Assembly: GCA_944392445.1 (NCBI GenBank)
Contig: CALXWT010000003.1
Span: forward strand, 1-56,869
Source: an uncultured Clostridia bacterium
GTDB lineage: Bacteria > Bacillota > Clostridia > TANB77 > CAG-508
DNA: 56,869 bases
Direction of reading: 5' to 3'
Shown here: piece after piece, positions 1 to 9,427 of the stretch
Numbering within the stretch: the first letter of the stretch is position 1
Layout of the letters: every line of letters begins with the position of its first letter
Program-made: the position numbers and the translations under genes
Notes under the pieces: generated by a model
Databases searched by the model: none
What the model was told of the DNA's origin: nothing
Seen by the model: only the letters and a program-made list of their open reading frames with translations

Positions 1-246
1 CTAATTTTTAATTTCTACTAAAATTTTGTCTGAATCTTCTTTTCTAATGGCAAGAATAATATTTCTAACTTCATAGGCCATTGGGTCACCAGAAACACTT
101 TCCATTATAGGGGTTATTTCGGTATTAGGTATTAAGCCTAAATCTAACAAACGTCTTTTAATATTACTTTTACAATTTATTTCTTTTATAACACCAGTAG
201 AATTAAGTTTTAAGTTAGATAAGGGAATAATTTGCATAGCAATCAT
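1..246 (-). CDS. feoA: FeoA-family ferrous iron transport protein
   Basis: Complete 81-aa ORF with its stop at 1-3 on the reverse strand. The small protein carries the FeoA-like pattern ...TGVIKEI...RRLLDLGLIPNTEI... Confidence 0.7.
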   Translation of the reverse strand: MIAMQIIPLSNLKLNSTGVIKEINCKSNIKRRLLDLGLIPNTEITPIMESVSGDPMAYEVRNIILAIRKEDSDKILVEIKN

Positions 247-344
247 CTCACTTTCATTTGGGTTTATATGAGTATAATATGATGAGTTTTTTTATTTGTT
301 TAAGAAGTAGTACGAATTTTTTATTAAAAATATCGTTACTAAAT

Positions 345-590
345 AAAGACTTTTTAGGTTCTAAACCTAGGTAATATGTATAATTAGAGAATTTTTGTAG
401 TGACGCGTAAGCGACCAAACGAGCTTCTTTGAAGCGAGTGCGATTTGGAGCACCTTTCCTGAGATAAAAAGAAAAACTTATTTTTCTTTTTATCATAAGA
501 GAGGTGCGACACCAAGGAACAAAAAAATTTGATAAATATACATATACCTAGGTTTTTTATCATATTATAAAACTATTATCTAGTAACTCA
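345..590 (-). repeat. MITE-like structured repeat, copy A (core 366-552 bounded by CCTAGG-containing terminal inverted repeats)
   Basis: The reverse complement aligns with 45265-45505. I count about 8 differences over the ~188-nt core. It contains a perfect 14-bp A/T hairpin and a CCAAA...TTTGG hairpin. Confidence 0.85.
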
Positions 591-605
591 ACGTTGTCTA
601 AACTC

Positions 606-633
606 TTGACAAACTCAAAAACTATAATATAAT
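606..633 (+). promoter_or_regulatory. Putative sigmaA promoter of dut
   Basis: TTGACA (606-611), 16-nt spacer, TATAAT (628-633). Confidence 0.5.
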
Positions 634-675
634 GAGCCTAAAACAAAAAATACAAATTGAAAGGATGATATACAA

Positions 676-1137
676 ATGGAAAGAAAAAGAGGATTTGAAA
701 TAGCAAAAGGTTGGGAAGATAAGGAAATAAACTTACCTATTAGAAAAACAAAATTTTCTGCAGGCTATGATGTAGAAGCAGCAGAAGATACAGTAGTACC
801 AAGTTTTAAAAAAGGTATGGCACCTACTCTTGTTAAAACAGGAATAAAAGCATATATGCAAGATGATGAAGTTCTAATGCTATATAATAGAAGTTCTAAT
901 CCAAAGAAAAAAGGTTTGATTTTATCAAATAGTGTTGGAGTTATAGATAAAGACTATTATGGAAACCCAGATAATGACGGACATATTATGTTTGCATTTT
1001 ACAACATAAAAGATGAAGATACAGTTATAAAAAAAGGAGATGCAATAGGACAAGCAATATTCCAAAAATATTTAGTTACAGATGATGACAAGGCAGAAGG
1101 AGAAAGAAAAGGTGGATTTGGCTCAACTAGTAAATAA
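676..1137 (+). CDS. dut: dUTP diphosphatase
   Basis: 153-aa ORF with dUTPase motifs (SAGYDV, NSVGVIDKDYYG, C-terminal GGFGSTSK) and an upstream SD (AAAGGA). Confidence 0.9.
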   Translation: MERKRGFEIAKGWEDKEINLPIRKTKFSAGYDVEAAEDTVVPSFKKGMAPTLVKTGIKAYMQDDEVLMLYNRSSNPKKKGLILSNSVGVIDKDYYGNPDNDGHIMFAFYNIKDEDTVIKKGDAIGQAIFQKYLVTDDDKAEGERKGGFGSTSK

Positions 1138-1348
1138 TGTTCTAAATATTAAATATTCGACCAATAAGTAAAAATAAAAAACAAAAATGAAGAAACAAGA
1201 AATGGCTTAAAAATCAGGCAATACAAAGAATTGTATACATAACTTGTACAAAAATGGACAAAAAATCCGAAAAAATTTTTAAGCTTTTAAAACCCACTAG
1301 TTTCAAGCTTTTGGACTACAAATTACATAAAAACAAATGGTAAAAGTT

Positions 1349-1377
1349 TTGACTTTTGCCATTTTTTGTAGTATAAT
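1349..1377 (+). promoter_or_regulatory. Putative sigmaA promoter of the CarD-like gene
   Basis: TTGACT (1349-1354), 17-nt spacer, TATAAT (1372-1377). Confidence 0.5.
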
Positions 1378-1459
1378 AGAAATGTAGTTGAAAAAGAGAA
1401 ACAAAACCCTTTCTTTAACTTCATATATAGAAAAATTTACTTTAGAAAGGAGGACCTAT

Positions 1460-2038
1460 ATGTTTAACATAGGTGACAAAATAGTATATCCAATGCACGG
1501 AGCAGGAACCATAGATGCAATCGAGGAGAAGAACATATTAGGAGAAAAACAAAATTATTATATAATTAAAATGCCAGGAGAAGTAAAGGTAATGGTACCA
1601 ACAGACAAAGCGGAAGAAGTTGGTGTTAGAAATATAATAGGTAAAGACGAAGCTGCAAAAGTAATGTCTGTATTAGGACAAAATGAAACAGAAATGTCTC
1701 AAAACTGGAACAAAAGGTATAGAGACAATATGGACAAGATGAAAAGTGGAGATATATATGAAGTGGCAGACGTAGTTAGAAATTTAAGCTTTAAACAAAA
1801 AGAAAAAGGACTATCTACAGGAGAAAAGAAAATGCTTAATAATGCTAAACAAATATTAGTGAGTGAATTAGTACTTGCAGAGCATGCATCACAAGAAGAG
1901 GTAGAACAATTAGTAGAAAATAAAATAAATATATCTTTTGATGAATATAAATTACCACAAGAACATATAGACATAAATCAAGATATAGTAAGCAAGTTTA
2001 TACCATTTAATGGAACAGGAACAAGCGAAAATTTATAG
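1460..2038 (+). CDS. CarD/CdnL-family transcriptional regulator
   Basis: N-terminus MFNIGDKIVYPMHGAGTI.. is typical of the CarD_TRCF RNAP-interacting domain. An AAGGAGG SD at 1447-1453 supports the ATG at 1460 over the TTG at 1388 in the ORF track. Confidence 0.85.
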   Translation: MFNIGDKIVYPMHGAGTIDAIEEKNILGEKQNYYIIKMPGEVKVMVPTDKAEEVGVRNIIGKDEAAKVMSVLGQNETEMSQNWNKRYRDNMDKMKSGDIYEVADVVRNLSFKQKEKGLSTGEKKMLNNAKQILVSELVLAEHASQEEVEQLVENKINISFDEYKLPQEHIDINQDIVSKFIPFNGTGTSENL

Positions 2039-2229
2039 TATGTACAGAAATAAAGGTCGTATCGGAAAGGTACGACTTTGTTGTTGCCTTTGGTTTAAAA
2101 AAATTCAGTAGCATAAAAAAATGAAATATTAAAAAGTAATAGAAGTAGGTGAAAACTGTAAAATCATAAGAAGGAATTAAAGACTTTATGTCGAATAAAA
2201 TAAGTATATGAAAGAAAGGTTAGAAAAAA

Positions 2230-4017
2230 TTGGTAAGGTATAGTGAAGAATTAATAGAAGAAATAAGAAGTAGTAACGATATAGTTGATGTAATATCTCA
2301 ATACGTAATATTAAAAAGAAGTGGAAGAAACTTTTTTGGACTATGTCCATTTCATAAAGAAAAGTCACCTTCTTTTTCTGTGTCACCAGACAAGCAAATT
2401 TTTCATTGCTTTGGTTGTGGCGTTGGAGGTAATGTTATACATTTTGTTAGTAAAATAGAGAACTTAGATTTTAGAGAAACCCTAGAACTATTAGCTAATA
2501 GGGCCAATATTACACTACCTACACTAGATAATAGTTACCAAGATAATAAAAAAGCTATACTAAAATCTAAAGTTTATGAAATAAACGAAATCGCTGCAAA
2601 ATTTTATCATGAAAATCTATACAAACCAACCTCAAAACCAGCACAAGAATATATAAAAAAGAGAAAACTAGATAATAGAACATTAAAATCATTTTTAATA
2701 GGATATTCTGGTAATTTTGATGAGTTATATAATCTATTAAAGCAAAAAGGATTTACAGAAGAACAAATTTTAGCATCTAGCTTAGTTAATAAAGCAGACA
2801 ATGGAAAATTTATTGATAGATTTAGAAAAAGACTTATGATACCAATTCAAGATACATCAGGAAAATTTATTGCATTTGGTGGAAGAGTATTAGATGATAG
2901 CAAACCTAAATATATAAATTCTCCAGAAAACATAGTATATAGTAAAGGAAGAAATCTATTTGGATTAAATATTGCTAAAAAAGGCGATACAAAAAAGTTA
3001 ATAATAGTAGAAGGCTATATGGATGCAATATCTCTTTACCAAAGAGGTATTACAAATGTAGTGGCTTCGCTTGGAACAGCACTTACAGAACAGCAAGGAA
3101 GGCTCCTTAGAAAAAATAGCGAGCAAGTAATAATAGGATATGATGCTGATGGTGCAGGACAAGCAGCAACTTTAAGAGGACTCGAAATACTCCAAAACAT
3201 GGGATGTGATATTCGTGTACTTCAAATATATGGAGCAAAAGACCCTGATGAATTTGTAATAAAATACGGACCAGAAAGATTTCAAAAATGTGTAGATTCA
3301 GCTATATCACTTGTTGAATTTAAAGTAAAAATTTTAAAGCAAAATTTAAATATTGAAAATGTAAATGACAAAATAAAATTTTTAAATGAAATTGCTAGAA
3401 TATTATCAAAAGTAGACAACAGCATGGAAAAAGAAATTTATATAGACAAAATATCAAAAGAATATGGAATATCTAAAGAAGCTATATATGGTGAGGTAAA
3501 TAAACTAGTATATAAAAAAGATAATGATAAAAAGGTTTTGGAAAGCACACCAATAAAAAATCTTTTAAGAAAAGAAAACACAGAAAAAATTGACGAATCT
3601 ATAATAAAAAGAGAAAAAATGGTTATATATATATTAGTTAATTATCCACAAGAAAGCTATGAAAAAATAAAAGACACAATATTGGTAGATAATATAAAAG
3701 CAGAAATAAATAAAAAAATAATTTCTAAAATTTATGAGCTATATGCCCAAGGAAAAACAAGCAATATTTTAGATAGCTTTGACGATGAAGAAATAATAAA
3801 TTATTTATCTGGAATAATGGCAGATGACTTTGGAATACTAGATATAAACAAATGTATAGAAGACTTACTTACTACATATAATAAAGAAAAATTAGTAAAT
3901 AGAAGAAATGAAATAATAAAAAAATTGGAAAACACAGATAATATGACTAAGGAAGAAATACATGAACTCGAAGAGAATTTAAATGATGTAATACTAAAGC
4001 TAGCTAAGGTTAAATAG
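2230..4017 (+). CDS. dnaG: DNA primase
   Basis: 595-aa ORF with the zinc-finger motif CPFHKEKSPSFSV...FHCFGCGVGG, the Toprim EGYMD motif, and the dnaG-rpoD gene order. The start codon is TTG. Confidence 0.95.
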   Translation: MVRYSEELIEEIRSSNDIVDVISQYVILKRSGRNFFGLCPFHKEKSPSFSVSPDKQIFHCFGCGVGGNVIHFVSKIENLDFRETLELLANRANITLPTLDNSYQDNKKAILKSKVYEINEIAAKFYHENLYKPTSKPAQEYIKKRKLDNRTLKSFLIGYSGNFDELYNLLKQKGFTEEQILASSLVNKADNGKFIDRFRKRLMIPIQDTSGKFIAFGGRVLDDSKPKYINSPENIVYSKGRNLFGLNIAKKGDTKKLIIVEGYMDAISLYQRGITNVVASLGTALTEQQGRLLRKNSEQVIIGYDADGAGQAATLRGLEILQNMGCDIRVLQIYGAKDPDEFVIKYGPERFQKCVDSAISLVEFKVKILKQNLNIENVNDKIKFLNEIARILSKVDNSMEKEIYIDKISKEYGISKEAIYGEVNKLVYKKDNDKKVLESTPIKNLLRKENTEKIDESIIKREKMVIYILVNYPQESYEKIKDTILVDNIKAEINKKIISKIYELYAQGKTSNILDSFDDEEIINYLSGIMADDFGILDINKCIEDLLTTYNKEKLVNRRNEIIKKLENTDNMTKEEIHELEENLNDVILKLAKVK

Positions 4018-4035
4018 AAGAAAGGAGTTATAAAA

Positions 4036-5325
4036 ATGAAAAATTCAGAAAATGATGCAGTAAAAGAAGTAGAGAAAAAAGCAAAAGACGTAAAAGTAGT
4101 AGCTGATAATAAAGAACAAGAAAAAAATAATAAAACAGTACAGGATGAAAGAAAAATAGATAAACCAGTAAAAGCAGAAACAAAGTCAAAAAAGAATTCT
4201 GATAAAGTTGAAAATAAGCTTACAAAAGAAGAAAAAGAAGATAGCGATTCAACAATAAACAATGATAAAGTTCAAAAAATCATAGAAAAGGCAAAAGAAA
4301 GTGGAAAAATTACTTATGGAGAGTTAGCAACAGAACTAGATGATACTGATCCAGAAGAAATTGATAAAGTATTTGATGCTTTTGAGGATTTGGGTGTAGA
4401 CCTAAATGATGATATAGAAGAGCCAGACATAGAAGACTTAGAAAATGTAGAAGAAATTAAACTAGAGGATATGGATGTATCTAACATAGAAGGTGTTAGT
4501 GTAGACGATCCTGTTAGAATGTATTTACGAGAAATAGGAAAAATACCACTTCTAAGCTATGAAGAAGAGGCAGAACTAGCACAAAGAATATTAAAAGGTG
4601 ACGAGGAAGCAAAACAAAAATTAGCTGAATCAAATTTAAGACTAGTTGTAAGTATAGCAAAAAAATATGTTGGTAGAGGAATGCTTTTCTTAGACTTAAT
4701 TCAAGAAGGAAATATGGGACTAATAAAAGCAGTAGAAAAATTTGACTATAACAAAGGATTCAAATTTAGTACGTACGCAACTTGGTGGATAAGACAAGCC
4801 ATCACAAGAGCTATAGCAGACCAAGCTAGAACCATAAGAATACCAGTACACATGGTAGAAACAATAAATAAATTAATTCGTACCTCAAGACAATTATTAC
4901 AACAAAACGGACGTGAACCAACTCCAGAAGAAATTGCAAAAGAAATGGAAATAAGCGTTGAAAAAGTTATGGAAATACAAAAAATAGCACAAGACCCAGT
5001 ATCATTAGAAACACCAATAGGAGAAGAGGACGATAGCCATCTAGGAGACTTTATACAAGACGAAGATAGCCCAGCACCACAAGATTCTGCAGCACATACA
5101 CTTTTAAGAGAACAACTAGAAGAAGTAATGGATACACTAACACCAAGAGAGGCAATGGTATTAAAACTAAGATTTGGCTTAGAAGATGGAAAAGCAAGAA
5201 CACTTGAAGAGGTTGGAAAACAATTTGATGTAACAAGAGAAAGAATAAGACAAATAGAAGCAAAGGCATTAAGAAAACTAAGACATCCTAGCAGAAGCAA
5301 GAAATTAAGAGATTATATGGGATAA
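4036..5325 (+). CDS. rpoD: RNA polymerase primary sigma factor
   Basis: 429 aa. Regions 2-4 are readable ([45 protein letters not shown]). The N-terminal extension is acidic and Lys-rich. SD is AAAGGAG. Confidence 0.95.
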   Translation: MKNSENDAVKEVEKKAKDVKVVADNKEQEKNNKTVQDERKIDKPVKAETKSKKNSDKVENKLTKEEKEDSDSTINNDKVQKIIEKAKESGKITYGELATELDDTDPEEIDKVFDAFEDLGVDLNDDIEEPDIEDLENVEEIKLEDMDVSNIEGVSVDDPVRMYLREIGKIPLLSYEEEAELAQRILKGDEEAKQKLAESNLRLVVSIAKKYVGRGMLFLDLIQEGNMGLIKAVEKFDYNKGFKFSTYATWWIRQAITRAIADQARTIRIPVHMVETINKLIRTSRQLLQQNGREPTPEEIAKEMEISVEKVMEIQKIAQDPVSLETPIGEEDDSHLGDFIQDEDSPAPQDSAAHTLLREQLEEVMDTLTPREAMVLKLRFGLEDGKARTLEEVGKQFDVTRERIRQIEAKALRKLRHPSRSKKLRDYMG

Positions 5326-5416
5326 GGCTTGATTTTTCTGTAAAATTATGTTAATATAGAAATAGAGTTTTAAAATTAGGGTAAAACAGTAGTTTTACTA
5401 AATCGAGGTGAATATA

Positions 5417-5731
5417 ATGGACAGAGAAGTGAAGCTTAGCTTTTGGCAAATACTAGCATCTCCATTTGTAAGTATAAAAAATATGGTAACAAGTGAAAAT
5501 GATATAGAACCAGATGTAGAATTAAGTGTAGATTCTACAGATGCAACAGAAAAAGCATTAGCAGAAAGTTCAAGAACTATAGATAGCAAAGTAGATGCTT
5601 ATGGAAATTCTGGTAAAGCACAAAGAAGAGAAACATTAAAAGCTGTAAAAGTGGAGAAAAAGGATTTAACTAAACCACAACCAGTAAAGAAAGTGGAAAA
5701 AGAGCAAAGAGAAGAAGATAGAAGTAGATAG
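5417..5731 (+). CDS. Hypothetical protein (charged, Lys/Glu-rich C-terminus)
   Basis: A GAGGTG SD lies 7 nt before the ATG at 5417. I see no recognisable motif. Confidence 0.5.
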   Translation: MDREVKLSFWQILASPFVSIKNMVTSENDIEPDVELSVDSTDATEKALAESSRTIDSKVDAYGNSGKAQRRETLKAVKVEKKDLTKPQPVKKVEKEQREEDRSR

Positions 5732-5751
5732 AACATTAAATAAATTTTATA

Positions 5752-5785
5752 GGGGCTGTAAATTATAACAGCCTTTATTTTTTTC
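5752..5785 (+). terminator. Intrinsic terminator after the rpoD-downstream ORF
   Basis: GGCTGT...ACAGCC stem followed by a T-run. Confidence 0.6.
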
Positions 5786-5845
5786 ATAATTTAATTATAG
5801 CAAAGTATAAAATCACATTTATGTGTAAATAATAATATAATATTG

Positions 5846-5874
5846 TTGACATTGTAAATACAATGTGTTACAAT
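5846..5874 (+). promoter_or_regulatory. TA-module promoter with an embedded palindromic operator
   Basis: TTGACA (5846-5851), 17-nt spacer, TACAAT (5869-5874). The spacer holds the perfect palindrome ACATTGTA-AA-TACAATGT (5849-5866). Confidence 0.6.
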
Positions 5875-5916
5875 ATTACCGTAAGATAATATATGAATAT
5901 AATTGGAGGTGGAAAA

Positions 5917-6201
5917 ATGGCTAAGACTGATACTTTAAATATTAGAATTGAACCTGAATTAAAAAAAGAAGTAGAAAAAACTTTAAATGATTTGGGCTTG
6001 AATATTGCTGATGCAGTAACAGTGTTTTTAAAACAAGTAGTGATGACAAATAGTATTCCATTTATGATAAAAAAACCAACATTTAATAAAGAAACAATTG
6101 AAGCAATAAAAGAGGCTGATGCAATAATGGAAAAACCTGAAGACTATAAAAGCTATGATAATGTTTATGACATGATTGAGGAGATAGACAATGAAAACTA
6201 A
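5917..6201 (+). CDS. relB: RelB/DinJ-family antitoxin
   Basis: MAKTDTLNIRIEPELKKEVEKTLNDLGLNIADAVTVFLKQVV.. matches the DinJ/RelB ribbon-helix-helix N-terminus. SD is GGAGGTGG. It overlaps the downstream toxin ORF by 11 nt. Confidence 0.8.
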   Translation: MAKTDTLNIRIEPELKKEVEKTLNDLGLNIADAVTVFLKQVVMTNSIPFMIKKPTFNKETIEAIKEADAIMEKPEDYKSYDNVYDMIEEIDNEN

Positions 6202-6479
6202 TAAGTACGAAATAAAGATAACAAGTCAATTTAAAAAAGATTTAAAAATTATACAAAAAAGAAAACTAGATATTAAGTTACTAGATGAAGTTATACAAAT
6301 GTTAGCAAATGACATTCCCTTACCATCAAAATATAGAAATCATTTATTAGAGCCAAAAGAAATACGGATTATGGGAATGCCATATCAAACCAGATTGGTT
6401 ACTTGAGTATAAGAAAAATAACGTAAATTTAATCTTGGTATTAACTCGTACAGGTTCACACTCTGATTTGTTTGAATAA
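6191..6479 (+). pseudogene. yafQ: YafQ/RelE-family toxin gene interrupted by a +1 frameshift
   Basis: The first frame reads MKTNKYEIKITSQFKKDLK...YRNHLLE. The conserved C-terminus QKKYGLWECHIKPDWLLEYKKNNVNLILVLTRTGSHSDLFE continues in the next frame from 6354 to the stop at 6477-6479. Confidence 0.75.
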
Positions 6480-6495
6480 AATAGTGACATTATAC

Positions 6496-6524
6496 TTGAC
6501 AAATGAAATAAAAACCTGTATAAT
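6496..6524 (+). promoter_or_regulatory. Consensus sigmaA promoter of the tRNA gene
   Basis: TTGACA (6496-6501), 17-nt spacer, TATAAT (6519-6524). Confidence 0.65.
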
Positions 6525-6561
6525 TTAATTCGTGCTACAAAAAACAACATATAAATAAAAT

Positions 6562-6638
6562 GGCGAGATAGCTCAGTTGGCTAGAGCAACTGGTTCATAC
6601 CCAGTGGGTCGAGAGTTCGAATCTCCCTCTCGCTACCA
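6562..6638 (+). tRNA. tRNA with CAT anticodon, most like elongator tRNA-Met (tRNA-Ile2/lysidine not excluded)
   Basis: 77-nt cloverleaf: acceptor GGCGAGA/TCTCGCT, D arm GCTC-AGTTGGCTA-GAGC, anticodon stem ACTGG/CCAGT with loop TTCATAC, T loop TTCGAAT, encoded CCA end. Confidence 0.85.
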
Positions 6639-6644
6639 AGAAAG

Positions 6645-6672
6645 GCAAGCTTTTAAAAGCTTGCTTATTTTT
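6645..6672 (+). terminator. Intrinsic terminator after the tRNA
   Basis: GCAAGCTT-TTAA-AAGCTTGC palindrome followed by TTATTTTT. Confidence 0.7.
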
Positions 6673-6726
6673 GTACCTATATAGCCTTTGGCATTTTTTT
6701 AATTGAATAAATCATTAAAAAACATT

Positions 6727-6963
6727 TTACTCCCTCGAACCTCTTGAACTTTCATTCCTACTTGAAGTACCACAGAGCTTATCATACTCTTTACACTTTA
6801 TCTTATATTCCACTTGTTGCGTCAAATATTTGTAGTACATATATGCCTGTTCATACTGCATTATTGGGTTAAACATTGGATTATCTCCCATGCCACCATC
6901 AAAGTTATTATCATAATTATATGGAGGCATACCATAAAAATTGTTCATATTCTCTCTATCCAT
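6727..6963 (-). CDS. Hypothetical small protein (Asn/Tyr/Met-rich)
   Basis: 78-aa ORF with an AAGGAG SD. No family recognised. Confidence 0.5.
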   Translation of the reverse strand: MDRENMNNFYGMPPYNYDNNFDGGMGDNPMFNPIMQYEQAYMYYKYLTQQVEYKIKCKEYDKLCGTSSRNESSRGSRE

Positions 6964-6995
6964 AAATAAATCAACTCCTTATAAAATATATTCAA

Positions 6996-8228
6996 TTAGT
7001 TTTCTTTTATGAGTTTATATACATTATTAAATACTTTAAATATAAAAATTACTAAAATAATAGCAATAACAAATATACCAAAGTCGTAGAAAAACGAGTA
7101 AATTCCATTAAACGCATTATTTAAATTCGATGAGCCATCTAGTAAAGAACTAGTTTGAACAACATCTAAGTTTAAAAAAGGCAAAAACTTTAAAGCTAGA
7201 AAAGTATATATGCCAGCTATAATTCCTTGTAAGAATTTTCCAACTAAGTATTTTTTCATAGATAAGTCTGTTTTGGACACAATACTATAAACTTGTAATA
7301 ATACAGAAAAACCACCAAAACCTAGTAAAAAAGCACTTAAAACTATATTTTGAGAAATAAGCTTTGTTGGTATATTTGCAACTAAATTAACTCCATTGGT
7401 TAATTCTAATATGCCAGAAAGCAATGGCTTTGCAAATTCTAAATCAATATTAAGAAAATTTAAGATAGGATATAGTAAAGTGCTTAAATTATTTAAAATA
7501 TTGGTTTGATTTAGAATTGAAATAATTACAGAAAATATAACTACAAATCCACCTATCAATAAAATAGTAGAGATGCTACTATTTATACTAGTTGTTAAGA
7601 CCTCTCCAAGATTTTTAAAAGTAATATTTTCACTATTGCAAGATTGGCTATCGTTTTTTCTTTCAAATTTATTTTTGATTGTATCATAAGAATTTTCAAA
7701 TTTATTTTTCTTAGAAAACCTTGCTAAAATTATTCCAACCGTTATACATGCAAGAATGTGAGTACCAAGAAGCAATAAACCAGTTTTTGTATCACCAAAT
7801 AAAGCAATACCTACACTACTTAAAATAAATAGTGGTCCAGAATTATTAGTAAAAGCAAGCAATCTTTCTCCTTCGTCTTGTGTAACTAATCCTTTTTCTC
7901 TAAAATCTGCTACTATTTTAGCACCAACAGGATATCCACTAATAAGCCCCATAACAAAAGCAAAGCCACCAATTCCGGGTACATTAAAAAGAGGTCTCAT
8001 AAATTTGTCTAATAGTTTACCAATAACGCTAACAACCTTGGTGTGCGAAAGTAGATTAGTAATTACGAAAAAAGGAAAAAGGGACGGAACAACGCAAGTT
8101 GCCCATAGTGTTAGTCCATTTTTGGTGGCTGTAAGGTTAGAACTAGAAAACACAACTAAACAAATAGTAAATAGGACTAAGGTAAATGGCAAAATATTTC
8201 GTCTAAAGGAAAGAAAAATAAATTTCAT
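6996..8228 (-). CDS. ylbJ: Sporulation integral membrane protein YlbJ (nucleoside-recognition-domain family)
   Basis: 410-aa polytopic membrane protein. The N-terminal region ...GLTLWATCVVPSLFPFFV...GLISGYPVGAKI...NNSGPLF matches YlbJ-type proteins. Confidence 0.7.
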   Translation of the reverse strand: MKFIFLSFRRNILPFTLVLFTICLVVFSSSNLTATKNGLTLWATCVVPSLFPFFVITNLLSHTKVVSVIGKLLDKFMRPLFNVPGIGGFAFVMGLISGYPVGAKIVADFREKGLVTQDEGERLLAFTNNSGPLFILSSVGIALFGDTKTGLLLLGTHILACITVGIILARFSKKNKFENSYDTIKNKFERKNDSQSCNSENITFKNLGEVLTTSINSSISTILLIGGFVVIFSVIISILNQTNILNNLSTLLYPILNFLNIDLEFAKPLLSGILELTNGVNLVANIPTKLISQNIVLSAFLLGFGGFSVLLQVYSIVSKTDLSMKKYLVGKFLQGIIAGIYTFLALKFLPFLNLDVVQTSSLLDGSSNLNNAFNGIYSFFYDFGIFVIAIILVIFIFKVFNNVYKLIKEN

Positions 8229-8397
8229 GTAATCACCTATTAAAATGTATGCAGTGTTGAAATTAGATATGAAGCTTTTTATTTATAGAATTAGGAAAAA
8301 GTATGTATTTTTTATTTATATTTAAATAAAAAAGCATAGCTTAGCAAAAAATGTGCATAATATTACAAATAGTTTTATTTGAGAGGAATTGATAGTA

Positions 8398-9402
8398 ATG
8401 AAAGATTTTATTCCAGATGCAATATATTATGAAGAAAAGGCGAAGGAATATGAACTTGGCAAAGAATTGCTTGAAAAATATAAAAACGTGCCAAAGTTTG
8501 TAATAGAAAATCATAACAACATTGAAGAAATGAGGAAAAAAGAAAATAAAGAATTTCCGAAGATGAAGAGAAATTTAATTATTGGAATACGAAAAACGCA
8601 CAAGTTTGTACCAAACAATAAAATATCAAATTATTTAGTACCATATACTTCATCTGGTTGTATAGCAATGTGCTTGTACTGCTATTTGGTTTGTAATTAT
8701 AATAAATGTGCATACCTTCGAATTTTTGTAAATAGAGAGGAAATGTTAAACAAAATTATTAAGGTAGCAAATGAAAGTGAGGAAGAGCTGGTTTTTGAGA
8801 TAGGGAGTAATAGTGATTTAATACTTGAGAATAGTATTACTAATAACTTAAGATGGACAATAGAAAACTTTAAAAGAGCAGAAAAGGGATATATAACATT
8901 TCCTACTAAATTCGATATGGTAGATGATATACTTGATGCAGAGGGAAAAGAAGGAGTAATTATAAGGATGAGTGTTAATCCCAAGGAAATTATTCAAAAA
9001 GTTGAGATGGGGACCTCAAGTTTAGAAAATAGAGTAAAGGCAATAAATAAATTGGCAGATGCTGGATATAAAGTAGGAATACTAATAGCTCCAGTTATTT
9101 TTGTAGAAAACTGGCAAGAGCTATATAAGGAGTTAGTTATATATTTAAAAGATAATCTAAGTGATAAAGTAAAACAAAGTACATTTTTCGAAGTGATTTT
9201 TATGACATATAGCTATGTTCATAGAAAAATAAATGAAGAGGCATTTCCAAGTGCAATTGATTTATATAATAAAGATTTGATGACAGGAAGAGGGAAAGGC
9301 AAGTATACCTACAAGCAAGAACAAAGGAAGATAGGCGAGCAATATATAGGAAAATTATTAAATGAATATTTTCCAGAAAATAAAATTGTGTATTTTAGCT
9401 AA
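8398..9402 (+). CDS. splB: Spore photoproduct lyase (radical SAM)
   Basis: CIAMCLYCY radical-SAM CxxxCxxC motif, ~335 aa, general SplB architecture. A GAGAGG SD favours the ATG at 8398. Confidence 0.75.
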   Translation: MKDFIPDAIYYEEKAKEYELGKELLEKYKNVPKFVIENHNNIEEMRKKENKEFPKMKRNLIIGIRKTHKFVPNNKISNYLVPYTSSGCIAMCLYCYLVCNYNKCAYLRIFVNREEMLNKIIKVANESEEELVFEIGSNSDLILENSITNNLRWTIENFKRAEKGYITFPTKFDMVDDILDAEGKEGVIIRMSVNPKEIIQKVEMGTSSLENRVKAINKLADAGYKVGILIAPVIFVENWQELYKELVIYLKDNLSDKVKQSTFFEVIFMTYSYVHRKINEEAFPSAIDLYNKDLMTGRGKGKYTYKQEQRKIGEQYIGKLLNEYFPENKIVYFS

Positions 9403-9427
9403 GGATTATAAAAGAAAAATTTGTTGT

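Noticed and set aside
254-496. 80-aa ORF (MIKRKISFSFYLRKGAPNRTRFKEARLVAYASLQKF...)
   Set aside because: It lies entirely within the MITE-like repeat. The second repeat copy at 45.3-45.5 kb is intergenic, and the ORF has no SD, so it is a read-through of repeat DNA.
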